Assembly: GCA_046086245.1 (NCBI GenBank)
Contig: JBJSXB010000129.1
Location: 1 to 47,657 of the forward strand
Length of the DNA: 47,657 nt
Reading direction: 5' to 3'
Source: Planctomycetaceae bacterium
GTDB lineage: Bacteria; Planctomycetota; Planctomycetia; Pirellulales; UBA1268
Part shown: positions 28,956-38,077 of the stretch, in pieces
Layout of the letters: every line of letters begins with the position of its first letter
Position numbering within the stretch: position 1 is the stretch's first letter
Notes under the pieces: generated by a model
Databases searched by the model: none
The model's input: only the letters and a program-made list of their open reading frames with translations
Told to the model about the DNA's origin: nothing
Made by a program: the position numbers and the translations under genes

Positions 28956-31052
28956 ATGAGCACCGTCGATCCCCATTCGGTAGAGGAATCGCGTCAGCAG
29001 ATCCGCGCGATCATCGGTGAGATCGATCAACTGGGGCGCACCGATCTCGCGGAGGCGGATTTTTTCCGGGGTCTGCTCGATCGGGTCATCGAAGCGATGG
29101 GGGCGGTGGGCGGACTGGTGTGGCTGGTCGGCGACCAGGGGCGGTGCGAACCGGTCTGCCACGCCGGCGTCGCCGGCACCGGACTGGCCGAGACGGGCGA
29201 GTCGCAAGAAACGCACGGCAAGCTCGTCCAGTCCCTCCTGGCCGCGCCGCACGCCATGATCGTTCCGGCCCGCGCCCAGCTGGCCGGTCCCGACGGGCGA
29301 CCGGTCGCCGCCAATCCCACCGACTTGTTGGTGATCGCCGCACCGCTCGACCGCAGCGGCAGCCGCGCGGGCCTCCTCGAGGTCTTCCATCACCACAACC
29401 AGCCGGAGGTCGAGCAGGGGTACCTCGTATTCGTCGATCAGGTGGCGGCGGTCGCCAACGGCTATCTCGTCCGTCGGCAGGTCAAGTCGCTCGACAGCCA
29501 GCAGGCGGCGCTGGTGCAGGTCGACCGCTTCAGCCGACAGGTGCACGAGTCGCTCGATCCGGTCGCCACCGCGTTCACCCTGGCAAACGAGGCCCGGCGG
29601 ATCATCGGCTGCGATCGCGTGAGCGTGCTGGTGCGCCGCGGCCGCCGGCTGCGCCTCGATGCGGTCAGCGGCCAGGAGTCGGTGGAGCGGCGGGCGACGG
29701 CCGTCCAGGCGATCGAGGCGCTGGCGCGGGTGGTGGCCCGGGCACGTGATCCGCTCTGGCACCCCGACCCGGGGCGCGAGCTGCCGCCGCAGATCGAGGA
29801 GGAATTGGAGCACTACATCGACGAGTCGCACGCCACCGGCCTGGCGATCCTGCCGTTGCTGCGCCCGCGCAAGACCCCGGTGGTGAAGCCCGGCGGCGTC
29901 GATGCGGTGGCGGTCGCCAAGGCGGAGGCCGCCCCCCCGGCCGATGTCGCCACCGCCGAGCCGATCGGCGTGCTCGTCGCCGAGTGGTTCACCTCGAGCT
30001 CGTTCGACGGCGGGCGCCGGGCGCGCGTCGAGGTGTGTGCCGAACACGGGGCGATCGCGCTGGCCAACTCCCTCGACCATACCGGCCTGCCGTTGTTCCG
30101 GGCGATCGATCTGCTCGGTCGCTCGCGCGTGCTGACCACGGCGCGCAATCTACCCCGAACCGTGCTCGCTGCCCTCGGCGTTCTCGCCACCGCTGCGGCG
30201 CTGGTGTTCATCCCGGCCGAACTGCGGCTCGAGGGGAAGGGGACGCTCGAGCCGGTGGACAAGCGCGACGTGTTCGCCGGCGTCGACGGCGTGGTGAAGG
30301 AGATCGCACCCGAGATCGTCCATGGCGCCGTGGTCAAGAAAGGCGACCTTTTGCTGACCATGCGCAACACCGACCTCGAGGTCGCCCATACCGACGTCCT
30401 GGGCCGCAAGGCGTCGTCGGAAGAGCAGCTCGTCTCCACCCGGCGCGCCCTGCTGGAGGACAAGCGGATCTCGGCGGACGAGCGCACACGGATGGCGGGG
30501 CGCGCCGCCCAGTTGCAGCGCGAGATCGAGAGCCTCGAGGCGCAGCGCAAGCTGTACGAGGACAAGCGCCGGGAACTCGAGGTGCGGAGCCCCATCGACG
30601 GCGTCGTGGTCACCTGGCAGGTCGCCGAGCGGCTTCTGCTGCGTCCCGTGGAGAAGGGACAGGTGCTCCTCACCGTGGCCGACAAGGAGGGCCCGTGGGA
30701 ACTCGAGTTGCACCTGCCCGACGATCGCCTCGGGCACGTCAACGAGGCGGCGCTCGCGGCCCGTTCCGCGGGGCGCGACCTGCAGGTCGATTACATCCTC
30801 GCCACCGATCCCGGCACGCGGCATCGTGGCGCCGTCAAGGAAATCCACGAACTGGCCGAGGTACGCGGCGAGAGCGGCAATGTCGCACTGGTTCGCGTGC
30901 GGATCGACCCCGACCGCCACGAACGCCAGGAGCTCGGCGCCGGCGCCTCGGTGACGGCGCGAATCGGCTGCGGACGCCGGTCATTGGGCTACGTCTGGTT
31001 CCACGACGTGCTCGCCTTCATCCAATCACAGGTGTTGTTCAGGATTTTCTGA
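28956..31052 (+). CDS. GAF-like domains fused to an HlyD/membrane-fusion adaptor domain
   Basis: The N-terminal ~400 aa are GAF-like ('IIGCDRVSVL...AVSG'). They are followed by a TM, lipoyl half-motifs (FAGVDGVV...G-x-x-V-x-KGDLL; RSPIDGVV...VEKGQVL), a coiled coil and a beta-barrel ending in GASVTARI. Confidence 0.88.
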   Translation: MSTVDPHSVEESRQQIRAIIGEIDQLGRTDLAEADFFRGLLDRVIEAMGAVGGLVWLVGDQGRCEPVCHAGVAGTGLAETGESQETHGKLVQSLLAAPHAMIVPARAQLAGPDGRPVAANPTDLLVIAAPLDRSGSRAGLLEVFHHHNQPEVEQGYLVFVDQVAAVANGYLVRRQVKSLDSQQAALVQVDRFSRQVHESLDPVATAFTLANEARRIIGCDRVSVLVRRGRRLRLDAVSGQESVERRATAVQAIEALARVVARARDPLWHPDPGRELPPQIEEELEHYIDESHATGLAILPLLRPRKTPVVKPGGVDAVAVAKAEAAPPADVATAEPIGVLVAEWFTSSSFDGGRRARVEVCAEHGAIALANSLDHTGLPLFRAIDLLGRSRVLTTARNLPRTVLAALGVLATAAALVFIPAELRLEGKGTLEPVDKRDVFAGVDGVVKEIAPEIVHGAVVKKGDLLLTMRNTDLEVAHTDVLGRKASSEEQLVSTRRALLEDKRISADERTRMAGRAAQLQREIESLEAQRKLYEDKRRELEVRSPIDGVVVTWQVAERLLLRPVEKGQVLLTVADKEGPWELELHLPDDRLGHVNEAALAARSAGRDLQVDYILATDPGTRHRGAVKEIHELAEVRGESGNVALVRVRIDPDRHERQELGAGASVTARIGCGRRSLGYVWFHDVLAFIQSQVLFRIF

Positions 31053-31099
31053 TCGGTCGGCACTGGCCGGTCGGCCCGCTCCGCCGGGAGGCTTCGTCG

Positions 31100-32119
31100 A
31101 TGGACATGTCGTGGCGATCGTGGTGGACGGCCGTGGTGGCCGTCATGGCGTGCGGACTTTTCCCGGGGAACCCGGCGCCGGCGGACGACGCGCCCGCGCG
31201 GCCTCGCTCGGTGGAGACGGAGTCGGAGAGCAACGAGCCGATCCTCTCCAATTGCCTCGTATCGCTCGTGGAAGAGGCGAAAGTGCCCGCGCGCGAGGCG
31301 GGCGTGCTCGTTGCACTCGAGATCCGCGAGGGGGATACCGTCAGCCGCGGCGCGGTGATCGCGAAGATCGACGACAGCCAGCCGCAATCGGACCGCCGCA
31401 AGGCGAAGGCGGAACACGACCAGGCGGTCGCCAAGGCGGACAGCGACGTCGATATCCGCTACTCGATCGCCGCCGAACAGGTCGCGAGCGCCGAGCTCGA
31501 GAAGGCCAACGAGGCCAATCGGCGTTCGTTGAACGCCATCACGGAGGTGGAGATCGAACGCCTGCGGCTCAACCAGCAGAAGAGCGCGTTGTCGATCGAG
31601 CAGGCACGGCTCGAGCAAAAGCTCGCCGGTCTGACCGCGACGGCGAAGGAGGTGGAAGTGCAGGCGGCCGGCGCCGCCATCGAACGGCGACTCATTACCG
31701 CCCCACTCGACGGCGTGGTGGTCGAGGTGTTCCCCCACCGCGGTGAGTGGATGCAGCCGGGCGATCCCCTGGCGCGTGTGGTGCGGGCCGACACGCTCCG
31801 GGTCGAGGGCTACGTCGATTCCGCCCGCCACGACCCCGAGGCGGTCCGCGATCGGCCGGTGACCGTCGAGATCACCCTCGCCGACAAGCGGGTGGAGACA
31901 TTCCAGGGCCGGATCGTGTTCACCAGTCCGATCGTCGAATCGGGCGGGGAATACCGCGTTTGGGCCGAGGTCGCCAACAAGCTCGCCCCCGGGGCGGGCA
32001 CGTGGCTGATGCGACCGGGCCAGACGGCGCGGATGACGATCCATTCCAACCGCACGCCGCTCGATCCGGTCCGTCGCGATCTCACCGCCCCGCCCGAAAC
32101 CCCCCAGGCAACGCGCTGA
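31100..32119 (+). CDS. HlyD/RND-type periplasmic adaptor subunit
   Basis: Signal peptide, VPAREAGVL...EGDTV, coiled coil, ITAPLDGVV...GEW-x-x-PG-x-P and MRPG-x-x-A-x-M motifs. Confidence 0.9.
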   Translation: MDMSWRSWWTAVVAVMACGLFPGNPAPADDAPARPRSVETESESNEPILSNCLVSLVEEAKVPAREAGVLVALEIREGDTVSRGAVIAKIDDSQPQSDRRKAKAEHDQAVAKADSDVDIRYSIAAEQVASAELEKANEANRRSLNAITEVEIERLRLNQQKSALSIEQARLEQKLAGLTATAKEVEVQAAGAAIERRLITAPLDGVVVEVFPHRGEWMQPGDPLARVVRADTLRVEGYVDSARHDPEAVRDRPVTVEITLADKRVETFQGRIVFTSPIVESGGEYRVWAEVANKLAPGAGTWLMRPGQTARMTIHSNRTPLDPVRRDLTAPPETPQATR

Positions 32120-32170
32120 TCGCGGACGGCGACGGCCTCCCGCGCGCCCTCCCGAGCCCGAACGATTCCG

Positions 32171-34405
32171 ATGTCGACCGCCGCCGACGCCTTCCGCTCC
32201 AGCACCACCCGGCCGATCGGCCTCCGCCGCCGCGGCGACCTCGTCGCCAATCGGCAGGTGCACCAGGGCCAGGCCTGGTGGGTGGTGAAGGATCCGATCT
32301 CCCTGGCGTACTACCGGTTTCGCCCCGAAGAGTACGCCCTCCTCGACATGCTCGACGGACGGGCGAGCCTCGAAGCGCTCCAGGCACGGTTCGAGGAGAA
32401 GTTTCCCCCGCGCCGGATCGGCCTCGACGAGTTGTCGCGGTTCATCGCCACCCTCCACCGCAGCGGCCTGGTGATCGGCGACCGCACGGGGCAGGGACCG
32501 CAGTTGTTCGAGCGTCGCCGCCAGCGCCTCTGGCGGCAATGGCAGGCGTGGCTCGCCAACATCATGGCGATGCGCTTCCGTGGCATCGACCCCGATCGGC
32601 TTCTGTCCCGGCTCGATCCCTGGTTCGGCTGGTTGTTCACCGCGCCGGCGATCGCGGCGATGCTCGTCTTCATCCTTTCCGCGGTCGGGCTCGTGCTCGT
32701 CAACTTCGATGAGTTCCGCAGCAAGCTGCCCGCGTTCCACCAGTTCTTCGCCTCAGGCAACTGGATGTACCTCGCCGCGGCCCTCGCCTTCACGAAGGTC
32801 CTTCACGAATTCGGCCACGGCTTGTCATGCAAACACTATGGCGGCGAGTGCCACGAGATGGGGGTGATGCTCCTCGTCTTCACCCCCTGCTTGTATTGCG
32901 ACGTGTCCGATAGCTGGATGCTGCCGAGCAAGTGGAAGCGGGCGGCGATCGGCGCCGCGGGGATGTACATCGAGTTGATCATCGCCTCGATCGCCACGTA
33001 TTTGTGGTGGAACTCGCACGCCGGCACGTTCAACCAGCTGTGCCTCGACGTGATGTTCGTCTCCAGCGTGTCGACGATCCTCTTCAACGCCAACCCGTTG
33101 ATGCGGTACGACGGTTACTACATCCTCTCCGACCTGCTCGAGATCCCCAATCTCCGCCAGAAGGCGACGTCGATCCTCGGCCGCGCGGCGAGTTCCTGGT
33201 GCCTCGGCATCGAGCAACCGGAAGACCCGTTCCTACCCCGCCGCAACCGCTGGGCATTCGCCGCCTACGCTGTCGCCAGCAATCTTTACGGATGGTTCGT
33301 GACCGCTTCGATCTTTCTTTTCGTCTGGAACGTGTTCAAACCATATCGGCTCGAGGTGATCGGGCAGGTCCTCGCCGCGGGTGCGCTGTGGGGGCTGGTC
33401 GTCCGCCCGGTCCATGGGATGATCAAATTCCTCAACGTGCCCGGGAGACGCGATGAAGTGAAGCCGCGCAACTTGGCAGCCACCCTCGCCGGTGCCGCCG
33501 CAGTCGTCGCGGCGATCGCGTTGGTACCGCTTCCGCATCGCGTCTGGTGCCCGGTTGAATTGCGTCCGCGCGGCGAAGAGACGGTGTACGTCGCCGTGCC
33601 CGGCACGCTGGACCGGCTGTTGATCCGCGCCGGCGACCGCGTGGAGCGCGGGCAGGAACTCGCGCGTCTGTCGAGCGTCGATCTCGAGCTCGCGATCGCC
33701 GACCTCGAGGGCCGCGCGGCACAGCAGCGCACCCGGCTCGACAGCCTGCGCCGCGAGCGCTTCGGCGACCCGGCGGCCGGGTTGGAACTGGGCACGGCGG
33801 AAGAGACCCTCAAGAGCCTGGAGGAACAGCTGGAGGAAAAGCGGCGCGACCGCCGCGATCTTGTGCTCGTCGCGCCGCGCGACGGCGTGGTGATTCCCGC
33901 TCCGGCCATTCCGCGGCCCGGCGACGACGCCGACCGCCTTCCCGGCTGGTCGGGCCACGCCCTCGACGAGACCAACCTCGGTGCCACCCTCGCCGAAGGC
34001 ACCGTCCTGTGCCACATCGGCGACTCGGGCACGTTCGAGGCGGCCCTCGTGGTCGATCAGTCGGAGATCGAGTTCATCGCCCGCGGCCAGCCGGTCGAGC
34101 TCAAGCTCGACGCGTTCCCCTGGAGAACGATCGCCGGCACGGTCGAGGAGATGGCCGTGATGCACCTCGACGCCGGCTCGGAGCGTTTGAGCGTCAAGGC
34201 GGGTGGGCAGATCCCCACGCAGACCGACCGGGAAGGGCGGGAACGGCCGATCTCCACCAGCTACGAGGCCCTGATGCACGTCGATGATGCCGAGGGCCTG
34301 TTCACGCCCGGCATGCGCGGCACCGCGCGGATCCGTGTCGGCGGCCGCACGGTGGGGCAGTGGCTGCTGCGGCTGCTCTGGCAGACGTTCAATTTCCGTA
34401 TGTGA
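32171..34405 (+). CDS. Site-2 (M50) zinc metalloprotease fused to an HlyD adaptor, with a PqqD-like N-terminal domain
   Basis: HEFGH (32804-32818) and NANPLMRYDG; N-terminal 'VKDP...YYRF...LDG...L-x-x-x-GL' winged-helix/PqqD-like segment; C-terminal lipoyl, coiled-coil and PGMRG motifs. Confidence 0.9.
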   Translation: MSTAADAFRSSTTRPIGLRRRGDLVANRQVHQGQAWWVVKDPISLAYYRFRPEEYALLDMLDGRASLEALQARFEEKFPPRRIGLDELSRFIATLHRSGLVIGDRTGQGPQLFERRRQRLWRQWQAWLANIMAMRFRGIDPDRLLSRLDPWFGWLFTAPAIAAMLVFILSAVGLVLVNFDEFRSKLPAFHQFFASGNWMYLAAALAFTKVLHEFGHGLSCKHYGGECHEMGVMLLVFTPCLYCDVSDSWMLPSKWKRAAIGAAGMYIELIIASIATYLWWNSHAGTFNQLCLDVMFVSSVSTILFNANPLMRYDGYYILSDLLEIPNLRQKATSILGRAASSWCLGIEQPEDPFLPRRNRWAFAAYAVASNLYGWFVTASIFLFVWNVFKPYRLEVIGQVLAAGALWGLVVRPVHGMIKFLNVPGRRDEVKPRNLAATLAGAAAVVAAIALVPLPHRVWCPVELRPRGEETVYVAVPGTLDRLLIRAGDRVERGQELARLSSVDLELAIADLEGRAAQQRTRLDSLRRERFGDPAAGLELGTAEETLKSLEEQLEEKRRDRRDLVLVAPRDGVVIPAPAIPRPGDDADRLPGWSGHALDETNLGATLAEGTVLCHIGDSGTFEAALVVDQSEIEFIARGQPVELKLDAFPWRTIAGTVEEMAVMHLDAGSERLSVKAGGQIPTQTDREGRERPISTSYEALMHVDDAEGLFTPGMRGTARIRVGGRTVGQWLLRLLWQTFNFRM

Positions 34406-34435
34406 ACGGTGGTGCCGCGGCCCCCGGCTGGACCC

Positions 34436-35305
34436 ATGCACGAACACGTCGCTCGCCTCGCGCGGATCACGATCTATCCGCTCAAGAGCCTCGACGGGGT
34501 CGATCTCGAGGCTGCCGACGTGCTCGCCTGCGGGGCGCTCGCCGACGACCGGCGCTGGCGGTTGGTCGACCGCGACGGACGCGTCGTCAACGCCAAGCGC
34601 ACGGCACGCCTCCAGGCGGTACGCGCCACGTTCGACCTGGCCGAACGGCGCGTGCATCTCGCCATCGACCCGAGGGCCGTGCTCCCGGGCGACGGATCAC
34701 CGGCGCCGGAAGCCTTTCCTCTCGTGCCCGGCGCGGCCGGCCCGTGCGCCTGGCTGGGCGCCGTCGTGGGCTACGACCTGCTGCTCGAGGAACGTGCGGC
34801 CGGCGGGTTTCCCGACGACCGCGACGCACCCGGACCGACGCTGGTCGCCGGCGCCACGCTCGATCGCGTCGCCGGCTGGTTCGATCTCACTGCCACGGAG
34901 GTGCGGCGCCGGTTCCGCGTCAACCTCGAGGTCGAGGGGCCCGAGGCGTTCTGGGAAGACACCCTCGCCTGCCCGCTTTCACCCGCGACGGCGCTGGAGT
35001 CCGCGGCGGCGGTCGACCCATACGCGGCGGGCGCTCCCCGGCCGCCGCGGCGCTTCCGCATCGGCGAGCAGGTGTGGGAGCCCCGTGGCGTCTGCCGGCG
35101 CTGCCCGGTGCCGGCACGCGACAGCGTGACGGGCCGCGACCAGCCGCTGTTCCGCGAGGCGTTCGAAACACGGCGACGGCGAGCACTGCGGTCCGACGTC
35201 GACACCGCCGACTGGACGCATCTCTACCGTTTGGCGATCCACACCGTGCCCCATGCGACAGGCGGTCGGATCGCGGTGGGCGACGCGGTCGCGGTGCTTG
35301 GCTGA
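34436..35305 (+). CDS. MOSC-domain protein
   Basis: IYPLKSLDG, DRRW, RRFRVNL, C-R-R-C and 'GRIAVGD' motifs. Confidence 0.88.
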   Translation: MHEHVARLARITIYPLKSLDGVDLEAADVLACGALADDRRWRLVDRDGRVVNAKRTARLQAVRATFDLAERRVHLAIDPRAVLPGDGSPAPEAFPLVPGAAGPCAWLGAVVGYDLLLEERAAGGFPDDRDAPGPTLVAGATLDRVAGWFDLTATEVRRRFRVNLEVEGPEAFWEDTLACPLSPATALESAAAVDPYAAGAPRPPRRFRIGEQVWEPRGVCRRCPVPARDSVTGRDQPLFREAFETRRRRALRSDVDTADWTHLYRLAIHTVPHATGGRIAVGDAVAVLG

Positions 35306-35328
35306 CGCGGTCGCCATCCACCCCGCGA

Positions 35329-37722
35329 TCACTGTGGCGGCAGCGGTACCACGAGGGCCGGATCGTAGACCGGTTGCAGCGGCAGGTAGGTGATGTCGTC
35401 CCAGGTGAACTGGCCGGGCACCTCGAAGATCCGTGCGTTGTTGTTGATCGCGCTCAGGTTCTCGCTGTCGGATGCCTTGATGAAGATCTCGCCGAGGCTC
35501 GGGATGTAGAACACGGTGTCCGGATCGGTCGTCTCGTCGACGAACCAACCGGCGTCGGTGTTGGTGATCCGGATCGTGCCGCCGGTGGTGGTCGTGCCCG
35601 TGCCGGCGGCGATCCGGTTGCCCACCATGTTGGCGTTGACGATCGCCCCCACCTGGTCGGCGACGGAGAGGCTGATGCCGTCGCCGCCAGCCACGGTGCC
35701 GATGCGGTTGTCGGTGAGAGTGATGTCGAGCGTTTGGTTGGCCACCGTGTAGCCGTTGATGCCGATCGTCTCGTCGACGAACGTCGAGTTGGCGACTTGG
35801 ACCACGGAATTGCCGGTGGCGGTGATGCCGGCGTTCCCGTTGGAGCCGAAGAGCGTCGTGAACACCGCCAATTGCCCGCCATCGACGGTGATGCCCGCCG
35901 CACCGGAGTCGCTGATGGTCGAGTTGGTGACGTAGACCCGGCCGTCGTTGTAGAGATCCTTGACGACGATCGCGGAGTTGGCGTTGCCGACGAATGTCGA
36001 GTTGGAGACGTTGACCTTCGGATCGCCACCGGAGCTGGTGATCACCGCGAGGCCGTCGTTGGTCATGTTCTCCACGTACAGATTGGAGAAGTTGAACTGG
36101 GCGTTGCCGGCCGCGAGATCCTGGATGAGGATGCCTCGCTGATCCGGGCCGCTACCGAGAAACCGGACGTCGTTGACGATCGAGTAACTCGCCGCCGGCA
36201 GCCCCGCGCCGTCGGAGAGGCCGATCCGGCTGCCCGTGATCGCGATGTGATCGACGACCGAGCCCTGGGCGAGCGTGATCGCCGTGCCCGCACCGTTGGC
36301 GAACAGCGGGTACTCTGACGTCGGCCCGGCATCGCTCCACAGTGGGACCAAGCCACTGTTGGTGGTCGGCACGAACATGCCCGTTCCCTGGCCGACGAGG
36401 TATTGGTTCGGCGCGCTGAACGTGTAGCCACCCGAGTAGGGCGTGACGGCACTGACCCCTTGGTGGACGAAGATGATGTCGAATTGCCGATTGGCAAGCG
36501 CCTGGGCTTCGGCCAAGGTCGGGACCGGCATCTCCGCGGTGCCTGGGGCCCCGGCGAGAGCCATCGGGCTGGCGGCGGCCATCAGCCGCGGCGTGGGGGC
36601 CGCACCACCGGGGACGGAGTTGTCGACATGGATGACGCGCCACGGCAGCCCGGTAAGCGGATTGATCGCCTGCCGGGCGGCCTGATAGGCGCGCACGATG
36701 TGCTCGTTGCGCATCATCGGCTGCTCGACCTGGTCGGCGACGTTGCGACGCCGCGATCCGCCCATCCGATAGGTGAGCCGCGCAAAGCCGGTCCAGTCGA
36801 AATAGCTGTCGTTGTTGGCCTGGAGGGAGAAGTCCCAATTCTCCATGAAGGTCATGTCGAGGCGCGTATAGACGCCGCCGAAATAGGGCACGACGTCGCG
36901 CCCGTTGGGAAGATTGTAGCGGGCGTTGCCGAAGGTGTAGCCGCCGACGCTGACCATTCCGGCCCAGTCCGACAGGCCGGGGACGTAGGCGCCCACCTCG
37001 AGATCGGCACCCGCCAGTGCGGCGGTGATGCCGAGATTGCCGAGCAGTGAGTTGCCCACGTAGGGCCCGCTCACCGACGCCGTGCTGCCGACGGGAATGT
37101 AGCCGTTGCTGCGGAGGTTGCCCCAGTCGGTGAGGAACTCACCGGACACGCCCACCTGCTGATAGGCCTGGCCACCATTGACGATGTACCGACCGCTGCT
37201 GTCGGTGATGACGCTGTCGGCGTACATGTTCTCGTCGCCGTCGTAGTCCCAGTAGACGCCGACGCCCGTCAGGGCGCCGCCCCAGAACTGCTTGCGCACG
37301 AAGCCGACGTTCGAGAAGAACCCGCCGTAATTCGACAGGTGGCTGCGCAGGTCCGCCGCCCAGAAGCCGCCGAGATCGTCTTCGGCGTACGGGATGAATG
37401 CACCCAGGGTCATGTAGCTGCCCTGGTACCCGAGGCCGCGGTCGGCGGCGTTGAGCCCGTAATAAAACCAACCCGGACCATTCTGATTGAGGTTGGCGAA
37501 ACCGGCCGCTGCCCGATTCACGACGCCTCCGGCGGGCGCCATCGCCATCTGACCGGTCTGGGCCAGGGCCCGGGACGGCATCTCGGCGGCCCCGGCGAGG
37601 GCGAGGAGCAGGGCGGCGAGGCCGCGGCGGCGACGGCGGCGGCGGAGGCGTTCCCGGGTTCCGGGATCGTCCGTCCGTCCGCGCTGTCCCGCGGCGACCG
37701 GTGTGCTGTCTGCGGTGCTCAT
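35329..37722 (-). CDS. Inverse-autotransporter-like outer-membrane protein: N-terminal beta-barrel plus right-handed beta-helix passenger
   Basis: Signal peptide, then alternating aromatic strands (GVYWDYD, QQVGVSGE, RSNGYIP, GADLEVG, DSYFDWTGFARLTYRMG, P-x-x-RN-x-x-IV), then 'IHVDNS...GTAE-x-P' and Asn/Gly/Ile-rich parallel beta-helix repeats. Confidence 0.75.
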   Translation of the reverse strand: MSTADSTPVAAGQRGRTDDPGTRERLRRRRRRRGLAALLLALAGAAEMPSRALAQTGQMAMAPAGGVVNRAAAGFANLNQNGPGWFYYGLNAADRGLGYQGSYMTLGAFIPYAEDDLGGFWAADLRSHLSNYGGFFSNVGFVRKQFWGGALTGVGVYWDYDGDENMYADSVITDSSGRYIVNGGQAYQQVGVSGEFLTDWGNLRSNGYIPVGSTASVSGPYVGNSLLGNLGITAALAGADLEVGAYVPGLSDWAGMVSVGGYTFGNARYNLPNGRDVVPYFGGVYTRLDMTFMENWDFSLQANNDSYFDWTGFARLTYRMGGSRRRNVADQVEQPMMRNEHIVRAYQAARQAINPLTGLPWRVIHVDNSVPGGAAPTPRLMAAASPMALAGAPGTAEMPVPTLAEAQALANRQFDIIFVHQGVSAVTPYSGGYTFSAPNQYLVGQGTGMFVPTTNSGLVPLWSDAGPTSEYPLFANGAGTAITLAQGSVVDHIAITGSRIGLSDGAGLPAASYSIVNDVRFLGSGPDQRGILIQDLAAGNAQFNFSNLYVENMTNDGLAVITSSGGDPKVNVSNSTFVGNANSAIVVKDLYNDGRVYVTNSTISDSGAAGITVDGGQLAVFTTLFGSNGNAGITATGNSVVQVANSTFVDETIGINGYTVANQTLDITLTDNRIGTVAGGDGISLSVADQVGAIVNANMVGNRIAAGTGTTTTGGTIRITNTDAGWFVDETTDPDTVFYIPSLGEIFIKASDSENLSAINNNARIFEVPGQFTWDDITYLPLQPVYDPALVVPLPPQ

Positions 37723-38077
37723 GGCGCCTGGTTCCCGACGGTGGCCGGCCGGCCGGGCTGCAATGTCCCCGGCGAACCTCTGACCGGCATGATCGGCAGG
37801 AGTGATCGACCCCGCGCCACGCGAACCATGAGCATTTTCGGAACAGAGCCCGGAACCGGGGAAACCACCCGGGTTTACCCCGTCGTCCCGGCCGCCGCGC
37901 CGGTCGTGTCTTACCCGAAATACGGCCGAATTGAACCCGGATGGGGTCGGCCGCGTATCCGGTTCTGGCGAACCGTGGCGGGGTGCGATACCCTCGGCTC
38001 CGGGGTCGTTCGTTGGTGGCAAGGCAGGGCGACGTGTGAACGGGGGCGCCGTGCACACTCTTCGTGGAGGTCGATCC

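Noticed and set aside
34436-35305. MOSC gene as a component of the exporter
   Set aside because: It is co-oriented and close, but it is an ordinary MOSC protein and nothing in the sequence ties it functionally to the exporter.
37723-38077. Divergent intergenic region as an ncRNA or sigma28/ECF promoter
   Set aside because: Only partial motif resemblance (GGAAC, GCCGAAT) and no convincing structure; cannot be supported by eye.
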